DNA of 64,000 nucleotides, taken from the NCBI RefSeq assembly GCF_008831285.2, contig NC_045138.2:6324001-6388000 (forward strand). The letters run 5' to 3'. The notes under the pieces were generated by a model. It was not told the origin of the DNA and made no database searches. It saw nothing but the letters and a program-made list of their open reading frames with translations. The position numbers and the translations under genes were made by a program. The stretch is from Nymphaea colorata. Taxonomy: Eukaryota. Every line of letters starts with the position of its first letter. Position 1 is the stretch's first letter. Of this stretch, positions 13,409 to 25,200 are shown piece by piece.

Positions 13409-16400
13409 AGTTTGTAAAAAGAAGGTGTTAACTCAAAGAGAGAGACATATAGATTCTAGAGAGAGAAAGTGGGATACACACACAGACATATATATATGAA
13501 CTATAAAAGAATATGTTAAATCAAAGAGAGAGAAAAGAGAAAGAGAGATATTTATGTACATGTATATATATATAACATGTATATACACATATACACATAT
13601 GAAAACTAAAATTAAGAAATAACATGGAGTATTTTCGACTTCGATTTTTCTATTTTCGGAGAGAGGAAATTGAGCACATGTAAGAGTTTAGGCTAAGTCT
13701 CCAAAACCTCATTAAAGAGCGTTCTTATTTTTGAATTTCATTTAAAAACATGATTCCAAATATTTTCATATAAGCATAAAACAATAATCATTTCATATAC
13801 TAAAAGAAATTTTTTTTCTCCCACCATTAGATATGGAAGAAAATCAAGCACACACGAAATGAAAAGTTAATAACATAAGAAAACACTCATTGAGATCCCT
13901 AATCGGGTGATTAAAAGAAATGCTAAACGTAAGGATGCCATGAAGACACATTTGTAAGGGGTTTTTTGGATTGGACAAATTCCAATATAAAATCAACATA
14001 ATAACAAAGAAATCTCAATCCAAGCACTCATTGTTATCATTCGTTCGCATATTAATTAAGGAATCAATAAACTTTGTATGAACCTTTAAAAGCAAAGTAT
14101 ACATTTAAGAGAACAGAGAAGCATATTTCAATCCTAGATGAAATTTCGTTTCACCTTGCTCATGTTTTCGGTTCACTCAAGAATAGCTCTTGACTCTAGA
14201 GAGGAGATTTGAGAGTTATCTAACATGGCCATGGGAAGATGAAAAAGGAAAAAAAAAAGAAAAGGAAAAGGATTGGGATATTGACTACATCTAATGAGAA
14301 TGATTTTAGAAAATTAGTCTCTTTATCCGGATAATCCTAAAGCTTCCTCGAATGAAGCTCCAAGGTGTTGAAAATGTCTCTCCGAGAGGCCTCCTCATGC
14401 TTCCTTGTAGAGTGGAAGTTGGTGAAGCTTTCTCCCAAAGTTGGAGAAGAAGAAGATAAAAGGAGAGAAATAGAGAGAGTTAGGGGAAAGACTCTAAGTC
14501 TTCAAATGAGAAAGTATTATAGGTTTTCCAAGAGTTAGCTCACGCACAAGCGAGAAGATTTTGAAGACATTGATAGAGAGTTTTAGAGTCAAAACTCAAA
14601 ATTTGAATTTAACAATATTTTCATGTGAATTTCAAGTATTTTTGAATTTATTTAAAATTTTATTTTCAATAGGTTTTGACCAAATGAGATTGGCTCTCAG
14701 ACCTGAAAACACCCCTTTGGGAGTGTGGGCAGGGCTAGTGATCACTTAGCAGACCAAAACAGCCCTCAAGGGGTGTTTTTTAGCCAAAAAAGGGCCTGCG
14801 CGGTCGTAATTAGGCGCACGTGTGCCGTGGCCAGCAACTGCATCTGGCGTGACAGTGCCAGGTCGCTGTCGCGGTCGCATCACTCGTGGCAGTGCGTGGC
14901 GCGGCTGTGCGCCTTGGTCAGAGCGTATGGCCTGGCCATGTCGGCCAGGACGTTTGGAGTGTGCAGGCATGCCCACTTATTGGTTTGCTTTGGACCAATA
15001 AGGGGTGGCTTTTGCCCCTGGCTTCCAAGGTGGTCCCACACATAAAACAACATAAAAATGATTTTTAAAACACACATTTTAAAGGGAAAAATGATCTTTT
15101 GTTACAGACAGCAACAACTACATTTTGCGTGGTTTCGAGCTCATTTTAGATCTAGATCGGGTTCGCTTGGTCGCCAATGTGTTCTAGTCGATGCACGAGG
15201 ATTGGACCAAGGATTAGATGAGTGGTTTAGGCTCAAAACATATTTTTAAAGTTTTTTTTTTGGCACGAGATTGAGACGCAAAACGAAAGCATGGTATGTG
15301 CATGCGCACAAGTCGCTCAATAGTATCAAAATTTGTTATTTTGGCCTCGACTTTGGATTTTGAGTTGGAATTCTTGATTTGAGTCCAAACTTCGGTTTTG
15401 GATCTAATTTGGACATAAGAGCGGCTTTATGAGTCCGTTTTCCTAGTTTAGACTTAAGTCATTTGTTGGCTCAATGACAGACTTTGGCTTCGTATTTCGT
15501 ATCAAGTATGTATTTTAGATCTAGGACTTGGATTTGGATCCAAATATTCATCTAAAGTTGAATTTTGGAATTAAATCTTACATTTGGATTCAAATATGGG
15601 TCTAGAGATTTGGATCGAGTGATCGAGAATTGGACTTGGATATGGATATAGAAGTTTGTCTTGGATCTAGGATCGAAATTTGAACTTGGATACAAATTTA
15701 GAAGTCTGTTTTGGGTTGAGCTTGGACTCGGGGTCCAAAATTAAACCCAAATCACTGTAAAGATGGTTGAAATAACCGAGAATCTTGTTTGAATGAAATA
15801 CAGTCTTCTGAAAAAAATTTGGGGTGATAATAGATGTAGTACTAAAACAACTGTAATTAAATAAACTTTGGGATCTCCAGGTATAGATAAAAGAAAAAAA
15901 CATATCTTGATGTATTCTGGAACGTGGATGTCAATTTTTAGTGTTATTATTGACATTGTATGTTGCTTAACATTTAGTACTACCAATTGTACATTCAAGA
16001 GTTCAGAGTCTTTGGATCTAACTTTCCTACCTATGCTTGTACTTTATTTGAGACAATAAAGTAGGAAAAAAGACCTCTCATATGCATCATTGTTCAAAAG
16101 CTTTCATGCTGTAGATGCATATATAAAATGGGAGATATAGTGCCAACACTAGGGCAACAAATGATTTAAATTTGAGAGTTATAGTTGAAAAATCTCATGT
16201 GTCAATGCATTCAATAACAAGGACGAGAATTTTATGTTTTAATATTGCAATCATTGAATCCCACCTAAATGTAGCATTAACAATTGTATGTTCCAAAGTC
16301 ATGAGATCCTTTATATTCAAGTTTTTTCCTAATTTAAACTTGTGATTTACTTGAGAGAGTATAGTTGGTGGAAAGACACCTCATATCCACAATTGTCTAA

Positions 16401-16670
16401 AACTTACATATAAAGTAGGAGATATGGTGCAAAAGCTACTCACAATTGATTCAAATTTAGGAGTCATATGTACAAGTAAAAATGCTTGTCTCCTAATGTA
16501 TTCAATAACAAGGATGGGAATTTTAGATTTAATGTTCATGTCGTCACTGGATGCTGCCTAAATTTAATGCTAGCATTTATACTTTTGAATGTGTGAGTCT
16601 CAGTATTTAAATTTCTAATTTAAGCTTATGTTTTATTTGGGAGAGTATAGTTGATGGAATTAAAGACCCC
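10980..16670 (-). pseudogene. F-box/FBD/LRR pseudogene copy 2, with about five ~290-bp LRR-like blocks, split by a solo LTR
   Basis: Homologous to 1-790. SSLLSLLKVFLRSMNH at ~11700-11745. The block anchor aagac...cat recurs at ~12028, 12321, 16071, 16372 and 16663 (period ~285-300 bp once the LTR is removed). Confidence 0.55.
12374..15832. mobile_element. Solo LTR, 3459 bp, Ty3/gypsy-like
   Basis: Starts TGTTTGCATCCCAAAATTT and ends AAATTTGGGGTGATAATA (imperfect inverted termini; CA decayed to TA). 5-bp TSD GATGT at 12369-12373 and 15833-15837. The flanks rejoin into the LRR block. Confidence 0.8.
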
Positions 16671-16806
16671 TCATGGCTTCAAGGCCTCATCGGCTTTGCC
16701 TTGCATGCCTTCATGGCTTCAAAGCATGGTCAGGTCTTTGTATTTCAAAACAAGGCAGGATTGAAATCTAGGCGGATCATAAGAGATGACAAGAGCCACA
16801 AGTTGG

Positions 16807-16965
16807 TTTAGGGTTTAGGGTTTAGGGTTTAGGGTTTAGGGTTAGGGTTTAGGGTTTAGGGTTAGGGTTTAGGGTTTAGGGTTTAGGGTTTAGGGTTTAG
16901 GGTTAGGGTTTAGGGTTAGGGTTTAGGGTTTAGGGTTAGGGTTTAGGGTTTAGGGTTTAGGGTTT
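16807..16965 (+). repeat. Interstitial telomeric tract, 18 x TTTAGGG + 5 x TTAGGG
   Basis: Counted 23 uninterrupted units at 16807-16962, followed by TTT. No substitutions. Confidence 0.98.
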
Positions 16966-18294
16966 GAATGAGAAAGTATTATAGGTTTCCCAAAAGTTAG
17001 CTCATGCACAAGAGAGAAGATTTTGAAGATATTTATGGAGAGTTTTGGAGTCAAAACTCAAAATTTGAATTTAACAATATTTTCATGCGAATTTCAAGTA
17101 TTTTTGAATTTATTTAAAATTTTATTTTCAATAGGTCTTGACCAAATGAGGTTGGCTCTCAGACCTGCAAACACCCCATTGGGAGTGTGGGCAGGGCTCG
17201 TGCCCACCTAGCAGACCAAAACGGCCCTTAAGGGGTGGGTCGCGGTCACATCACTCGTGGCAGTGCGTGGCGCGGCTGTGCGCCTTGGTCAGAGCGTATG
17301 GCCTGGCCATGTGCTGCTCGGCCAGGGCGTTTGGAGTGTGCAGGCATGCCCTCTTATTGGTTTGCTTTGGACCAATAAGGGGTGGCTTTTGCCCCTGGCT
17401 TCCAAGGTGGTCCCACACATAAAACAACATAAAAATTATTTTTAAAACACACATTTTAAAGGGCAAAAAGATCTTTTGTTACAGAGGCACCAACTTCATT
17501 TTGCGTGGACGAATAAGGGGTGGCTTGTACTTTATTTGAGACAATAAAGTAGGAAAAAATACCTCTCATATGCATCATTGTTCAAAAGCTTTCATGCTGT
17601 CGATGTATATATAAAATGGGAGATATATTGCCAAAACTAGGGCAACAAATGATTTAAATTTGAGAGTTATGGGTGAAAAAGCTCATGTGTCAATGCATTC
17701 AAATAACAAGGACGAGAATTTTATGTTTTAATATTGCATTCATTGAATCCCGCCTAAATGTAGCATTAACAATTGTATGTTCCAAAGTCATGAGAACCTT
17801 TATATTCAAGTTTTTTCCTAATTTAAACTTGTGATTTACTTGAGAGAGTATAGTTGGTGGAAAGACCCCACATATCCACAATTCTCTAAACTTACATATA
17901 AAGTAGGAGATATGGTGCAAAAGCTACTCACAATTGATTCAAATTTAGGAGTCATATGTACAAGTAAAAATGCTCGTCTCCTAATGTATTCAATAACAAG
18001 GATGGGAATTTTAGATTTAATGTTAATGTTGTCACTGGATGCTGCCTAAATTTAATGCTAGCATTTATACTTTTGAAAGTGTGAGTCTTAGTATTTAAAT
18101 TTCTAATTTAAGCTTATGTTTTATTTGGGAGAGTATAGTTGATGGAATTAAAGACCCCTCATGGCTTCATGGCCTCATCGGCTTTGCCTTGCATGCCTTC
18201 ATGGCTTCAAGGCATGGTCAGGTCTTTGTATTTCAAAACAAGGCAGGATTGAAATCTAGGCGGATCATATGAGATGACAAGAGCCACAAGTTGG
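16964..18294 (+). repeat. Tandem duplicate of 14501-16806 with two internal deletions
   Basis: aatgagaaagtattatagg starts both copies and aagagccacaagttgg ends both. Deletions at ~17237 and ~17508. Confidence 0.9.
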
Positions 18295-18537
18295 CTTTCC
18301 GAGAGCAAGCAGTTATATGTGGTGGGCTTCATTGTAACAAAATTCTGAAAGCTTGTCGGAGCTGGCACAAAGGACAGCAATGCTAAGCTAATTTCCTACT
18401 TTGTTTCCCTGCTCATCACCTTCTTGGTTTACCTTGCTTATGTCTATGCTTGTTTCCCTTTCTAGTTCATCAGTCTCCCTGACACACTCGTACGAACTTG
18501 ACTTGCTGCTTGTACCAATACAACTCTTCTTTACTAT

Positions 18538-18852
18538 TAGGGTTGTACATGAGCTGAGTCAAGCTCGAGCTTGGTCAGCTCGACACTAGTCAACACATAC
18601 TTAATTTGCTTGCCTGGACCTTGAGCAGTGAGTCAAGTTGTATAAGGTCAGGTGGAGCTGGACTTGATAGACTGGGTCCCAGCTAGAGCTGGGCTTGTTT
18701 AAGCTCGTTTACCAACTGACAACTGTCATTTGACTTGATCTGTTTCCTTTGTTTTACGAGTTTATGTAGTTTGAATTTGACTCATTAAAAAGCTGAGTTT
18801 ACTGAGTGAGTTCAAGTCAAGCTCGAGTTGGCTCGACTCATTATATATCATG
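18538..18852. mobile_element. hAT-like MITE
   Basis: Begins TAGGGTTGTACATGAGC and has AGCTCG(A) subterminal repeats at both ends. Right TIR decayed; no TSD confirmed. Confidence 0.55.
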
Positions 18853-18894
18853 ACTCAATGCCAATGATACGTGTGGGAACAATGTGAAATCAAC

Positions 18895-19045
18895 CGAATA
18901 TCTGAATGATATTCAGCTCCTCGACAATGGAAACAGAGTTTCTCTGGTTGAGAATGTCTACTGGAGAATGTCACCCATCAATTCAGTTAGGAGATTTCTT
19001 TACAAGCTAGAAGGTAGTTCCTATTCCAATTCATCATCAAACATA
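18895..19045 (-). pseudogene. Possible F-box motif remnant
   Basis: Minus strand reads RNLLTELMGDILQ*TFSTRETLFPLSRS*, loosely like DRLSxLPDDIL...LSRRW. It lies 5' of the LRR blocks on the same strand. Confidence 0.3.
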
Positions 19046-21464
19046 GAGAAAAATACTCATTTTCCTTAATTTACATAACCTTACTTCCATTGAGTATTGT
19101 TTCAAGACATGGAACCAATGCCCTTTACAAAAACTATTTATCCTCGTTGGCACAAAGGCAGTAACAAAAGAAAGCCTAGATTTTAGGGCGCTGATTATGT
19201 AACAAATTAATTTACGTAGGGGAACCACTATGCAAATAAAATAAATTGTGTGGTTCTAGATGGGCACACCACACCCAGCTCTGCCATTAAGCTAATTGCT
19301 AATAAGTTGGTGCACATCATAATATATTACACTTAACTTTATGGATTTATAGAAGAACGTAAGACTTAGTTGTTAAAGTATACATACTCAACAGGAAGGT
19401 TATTCGGATTATCTCACATTTGCTTCAGTAGCCAAATTAATTAAATATTGGGAAATATTTTCTCTCTATTGAAGGAACTAAGAGTTGGTGACTTCAAATG
19501 GATATTCACAATGTCTTTCTTCATAACGTATCTTCAGTGAGGTAGAGATTGATATGCAAATTGAATAGCCTGTTGTACGGACTTAAATAATGTCCTTGGA
19601 ATTGTTGGGTGAGCAACAAGAATATAATATCATACAGCGGCAAACAAGAGAAACGAAACCCCCACCCTTCACCCATCCCCCAGGTACCAGGTCTGCTTGA
19701 GTGCTTTCGGTGGTGAATTAATACACAATTTAGTGATGCTTAGAAGGTAATATTAAGAACAGTATAATTACCTAGTTAAGAAGTGTTCACCTCAAGTATT
19801 TATTCAACAATTTTCATGAAAAGAGTGACCCTTATTAATATTTCCCTTCTTAAGTTATAAACAAAAAGTAACCCCAGAAAAACAGAAAATTTGTTCTAAC
19901 GATTTTCATATATAATTAAAGTAATAACCATATTTATTCAAGTATGTGTGGATCATGATATAGATTCTCTTATCCAAATCCGATTCAATAGCATTTATGT
20001 TCTACAGCACCTCATGAATTTGAAAATCTCATATTCTCGAGTTGTTCCAGTCCAACTTGGTTATAAATATGTAATTCATATTGTTAATTCGATGAGAATC
20101 AATCCACAAATTCTGAAATATGAGATCATTATAAAGCTAAAAAATATTAAATAAGACGTTTTCTCAATGCAAAAAGGAAAATTAAGTATTTCAAGTGTAG
20201 ATTTTAAATCGAATCTAAAATAGATTCTTTCAAGAACTATGGATTTTACCGGGATCTTTTGCTATAGCCTATTGTTTACTTGGCGAGGCTAGTTTTATGC
20301 CTATGTAACTTTTGCCCAGATTTTCAGGCAGACCCCTAAACGTGTGACTAAAATAAAAAAAACTGTTCAGTTCCGTTTTAAAAAGAGTGACCATGTAGGA
20401 AAAGAATAACCTTCATAGAATCAAACAACAAGACAGTAAATGTCATTTTTTGTGAATAATTAGCAAAACTTATTTTACATCAAAAAATAGAAATAAAAAT
20501 GTTCTATTTTTATCAAACGAAGCTTATAATTAATCATATTTAAATTTGATAAAATAACTTAAAGTTCAAAGGTAAAAAAGTAGTTGCACTTTAGATTTAG
20601 TTATCTAATTTATCTCCTGGAGGTAACATATGACATTAGCAAGGACACAATTCCGAGTATTGCAAATGGGCCAAATCAGGGTCACGAGCTATTTGAGACC
20701 ACCATACATAAACCAACATAATCAGATCTAGATCTGGTATGGAAACTATCTGAGGATTCAGATCTAATACCTCTTTAGCACGAACACGCAACCCATTTGG
20801 CTGGTCAATGGTCACCCTCATAAAGTCTCAAAAGTAGGGATATAAACGGGCCAGACATATCAGATTATCAAACAAATACCGAATCCATGGACGTGGTAAA
20901 AAAAATTAGATCCATTCAAATTTAAATTCAAATACGGTTTGCTGTTTCACCACTAAACATAAATTAGAATAAAATACCCACCAGTATCTGATAAAGATCC
21001 TATCTACATAATGGAGCTGGATCTTACATTAGTCGGATCTGAATTCAGTTTTCCAGAAAATCAGCTCCAGATTCAAATTGGAATTATTCAAATATGATTA
21101 GTTAAATTGGTTAAAAATTAAACCCAACACGAAACCAAAACTATATTGCAACCTAAAAGTCAAGACACAAGACAACTGGTGTAGAATTTTTCTGTTTTAA
21201 ATTATTTCTCTTTGTTTAATTAGAAGAAACATACTCTTTTTAAGTATGTCTTGACATTTTTGATTCACAATTTTTTCGTAAACTTATGTGCAAATTTTCA
21301 AATATTAGTCAGTCTTTTGTGACAGACCAAAGTTGAGCAGTTAGCTGTAAAGGCCTCACACATAAATGAAAGAATTAGATCAATAATAAACAAATAAATG
21401 GATCACTTGATTTACTAGGCAAAGGTCTAAGCATAATGTTCTTAGACTTCTGAGCAAATAGTGC

Positions 21465-22159
21465 ATGCTTTACAAATAGGTTAAAAAGTTTTCAAAAGGG
21501 TTTTGGACGGGCAAATGATCATGCAAATGTTGAGCTTGGGCATTTCGTTTTAACTTGCACTGGTCTTTCCTCTTACATTAACAAGTAGGCACTGCCGTAA
21601 AGCTATGTCATCCTTATGACCACTTATGACCACACACGAGCTCAAATACTTCGACCATCTTGAGTTCCATCCAACCACGGCTACCCAATGGTTCGGATAA
21701 ATGTGATTAAATGCACCATCTGATGCAAGCCGGAGGATTGCTCCATCTAAACCCGGATGGAGAAATCCACAAGTCCATCATGAGCATGTCATTGCTTAAA
21801 GATTTCCACTGTGTTGTATACAAAGTATGGACTTGATGTCTACCTACCTCTGAACTTCATCATGAAAGTTCCACAGTCAAAAAATTCGAGAGCAATTCTA
21901 AAAACTTTACAGCAGCAACTGAATAAATTTTTTGATATATATTTTTCCATAGATGCTGCTATATTTTTTGAAGTAAGAAAACGTAACTTTAGTCTCTAAG
22001 CAGTGGCATGTTCAAGAGGATGGCATAACTTTATCAGCTGCAATTCCTACTTGTTAATGTGAGAGGAAAGACCAGAGCAAGTTAAAACGAAAGGACCCAC
22101 AACATTGGCATGCTCGTCCAAAACCTTTTTGAAAACTTTTTAACCTATTTGTAAAGCAT
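21465..22159. repeat. Inverted repeat IR3 (arms ~160 bp, spacer ~370 bp), foldback or Pack-MULE-like
   Basis: atgctttacaaataggttaaaaagttttcaaaa...tggtctttcctcttacattaacaagtagg is mirrored at ~21998-22159. No TSD found. Confidence 0.85.
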
Positions 22160-22204
22160 TGTAAATGGGCCAATCTTATTAGCATCAATAATGACACATT
22201 CCAT

Positions 22205-22549
22205 CTACTTCGTGGGAGGGAGAAAAGCATCTCCTCTGCTTTCCATTCTCTTTCTTCTTTCTTCTTTCTTCATATATATATTTCCATTCTTTTTCCTTCG
22301 TATTTTTTTTCTCTTACTCATCTCTCTCTCTCTCTCTCTCTTTCTTCTATCTAGTTCTCAAGTGGATAAAGAGAAATGGTGCCATAAGAAACACCTCAAA
22401 TTAAGCATGGTGAGGAGGACCACCTTAAAACCTTTTTTTTCTTTTTGATCCCCTTTCTCTATTTATTTTCTTCTATTTCATTATTCTGTTTCTCTCTCCC
22501 TCTTTCACACACACACACACACACACATTCTATCTCTCTCTCTCTCTCA

Positions 22550-22595
<46 letters not shown>

Positions 22596-23065
22596 TGAGA
22601 GATAGAAATGTGAAAGGAATAAGAAAAGAAATAGAGAAGGTGGCCAATAAAGAGAGAAAAGGCCTTAGGGTTGTCATTTGCACCATTCATAACATGTGTC
22701 CCTATGACACCATTGCTCATTGTCTCCTTAAGCAAGGAGAGAGAAGAGGGAGAAGGTGAGAAAGGAATTAAAGAAGAAATATGAAGGAAAAAAGAACGAG
22801 AATAATATATATAAAAAAGAAAAATAGAAGAAAGAGAACAGAAAGCATAGGACGTTCCCTTCTCTCTCAACTGTGGCCAGCAAAGGGTTTTCTTATCACA
22901 CAAATGTACAAGCACACAAACAGGAGGACGGCCAAAGCACCAGGGGAGAGAATAGCAGAAATGCTGAGGAGTCATTCTCTCTCCTTGCTGTTGCAGTTGA
23001 TGATCTGGTGCTACTTTTCTCCAGTTATCCACTCCACCTCCTCCTTCTCTCTCTCTCTCTCTCAC
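22205..23065. repeat. IR2 palindrome copy 2 (left arm shortened, (TA)n at centre)
   Basis: Homologous to ~9915-10700. The centre is a (TA)n run at ~22552-22590. Confidence 0.8.
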
Positions 23066-23123
23066 TGTGTGCCTCTCTCATTAGGAAAAAACTGGAGTTA
23101 TTGGGAAGTTCCATTCAGAGAAC

Positions 23124-23709
23124 CACAGTCACCTGGGTGCGTTTGATTTGAGCTCGCACCCGCACGGACGCGTTGCGGGTGCGGGTTCGGGTGCGCACCC
23201 AATCAGCACCCGCTGATGAGCTCGCACCCAAACCGCACCCGTGGGTTGGATCTAGTTTCGAGTCGAAACCAAATCCAAAACAAGTGTATGGTTTGGATCT
23301 AAATCTGATTTCGAGAAAAAACCAGATCCAAAATCCACAAAATCAAATCCACCATTCTCACCCGTCGGCCATTACATCTAAGTTAGATACATCTATAGAT
23401 ATATTATATGTTCTCTTTTCTCTTTCAAAAAAAATGATGCAGGACTAAAGAATGGTGGCTTTCATAAAACAATCTGTTTGCCTTTTTTTCAAACATTTCT
23501 TTTCTGATTTTTTTCCACTACCATAAAATGTATAATTTTAATTGTGTTATTTAATTTCTACAAAAAATTAATAATAATAATATTATTATTATTAATATTA
23601 ATAAAAGATCTTCACCGCACCGCCACACCTAATTTTTTTGAGATGTGCCGCACCGGCACCCGCACCCGCACTGGCACCGGCACCCGCACCCCGCACACAA
23701 GTGACATAG
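23124..23709. mobile_element. Non-autonomous hAT element, 586 bp
   Basis: 8-bp TSD CAGAGAAC at 23116-23123 and 23710-23717. Imperfect TIRs CACAGTCACCTGGGTGCG / CGCACACAAGTGACATAG, with GCACCC subterminal repeats. Empty sites occur in paralogs at ~46026 and ~61966. Confidence 0.9.
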
Positions 23710-23919
23710 CAGAGAACGTGTATTTTTTTCTTCGATGAAGTTGCAATAAGCCTTAATTTCGACATGTTTATTGAGATGGTTGGTCCTTCAAGAAAATCTA
23801 CTGTTAATTAGAACAAAGTGTTTTGAACTTGGTGTTGAGTTTTCTTTTATGGAAATTATTATGACGTCCTATCCCTGTGGATTGGGACAAGAAGGTAGCG
23901 AGTTTCCATTTAGAACTCA

Positions 23920-25200
23920 TGGGGCTTCAGCTACTTTTGCTTTAAAAGGAGAGACACTAATGTACAAGTTGAAGCACAATAGGGCTTTGCAGTAAAATCA
24001 GGTCGGGTACCCTGGGAACATGATGCTTTCAGCTATCTTGTTGGGTGGCAGGATAAAAACCTCCTCCAACTCACCGTGCCTTCTTAATTAGTAGGTTCAC
24101 CACTCTGTGTAACATGCAAAACAGAAGGCCTTATGCATAACACAAATCATGGAGCAAACTTTATGAAAGAAGGTATCAGGATTGCAGAAAATTTTAAATG
24201 GGATGCTGATAACCTTACAGGTTTCATTTCTAGTAGAGCATGGTGTAATGTGCATGGATGTTGTCTGATTGGCACACATTCACAAGCCTGTGATTCATAG
24301 AACTTGAGATCACCCTCAGCAAGCTTAGTAGGATACTATGATTTGTCCTCCAACAATCAAATTTAATGAAAAAAATATTTATAAGCAGGAAAGGCACTAA
24401 AAATTAACGTTTTAGGCAACATTACATGTATAAATAAAAAAGCTCATGCCTCGAATGTAGTGATAACAAAGATGGCACTTTCAGATTCTAATATTGTTAT
24501 TCACATTGGATGTTGCCTAACATTTAACAATACCAACTGCACATTCCAAAGTTTGATTATTTATATCTAAGTTTTACAAACTTATGCTTTTGCTCTATCT
24601 GAGAGAATAGGGTTGGTAGGAATACCTCATATCTACCGTCATTTTAGAACTTGCATGTCATAAACTTATGTAATGGAAAATATAGTAATTGCCTTAGACA
24701 TAGTAATTGTTTATGATGTCAAAGTAATTTCCATAAAAAAAACACAAAACCAATTCGAACACGCTCTGGTCTGGTTAGAAAGAGACATTTGAGGACGAAA
24801 ACATCTGCGAAATAGTTACAATACAGTTGTGGCAGTTTTGTTTTTTTTGGATACGTAACATTTTGGAAAGAATAATATTGGTTGCACGTCCAATCGTATC
24901 ATAAACACTATTTGGCTACATCTCAAAGTTTAGATCCGAAAGCAGTTAACAGAACGTTCGTTTTCCTCAATAAATTCCTTGCTCGCTCAAGCCACAAATT
25001 CCTTTGGACAAATTCATTAGAAGGATTGTTGTGCCTAAAACTTGTATTCGTGGTCGACCCCCCTTTCTCCTTTTGCTTTCGTCACCATACAAGGTTCGCT
25101 GTATGATGAAAAGATGAACCTCTTAGGTTCAGTGCATTTTCTATCTTGTTCCGAGAAGAAAATTAACTGAGTCATGTCAGTTTTGTCCAGCCTACCTAGC
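23920..25200 (-). pseudogene. F-box/FBD/LRR pseudogene copy 3
   Basis: 24001-25138 is collinear with 1-1250 and has a single LRR block. NEFVQRNLWL...DVAK* is present. Confidence 0.55.

Noticed and set aside
16807..16965. True chromosome end or telomere-to-telomere fusion
   Set aside because: The tract is short, has a single orientation with no CCCTAAA half, and is flanked on both sides by locally duplicated sequence.
20630..21155. Intact MITE(s) with GGATC/AGATC repeats and TAGGG ends
   Set aside because: Probably TE-derived, but the TIRs match poorly and no TSD could be verified.
23130..23700. CRISPR-like or coding GCACCC repeats
   Set aside because: These are subterminal repeats of a TSD-bounded hAT element. 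There are no spacers or cas genes, and the context is eukaryotic.
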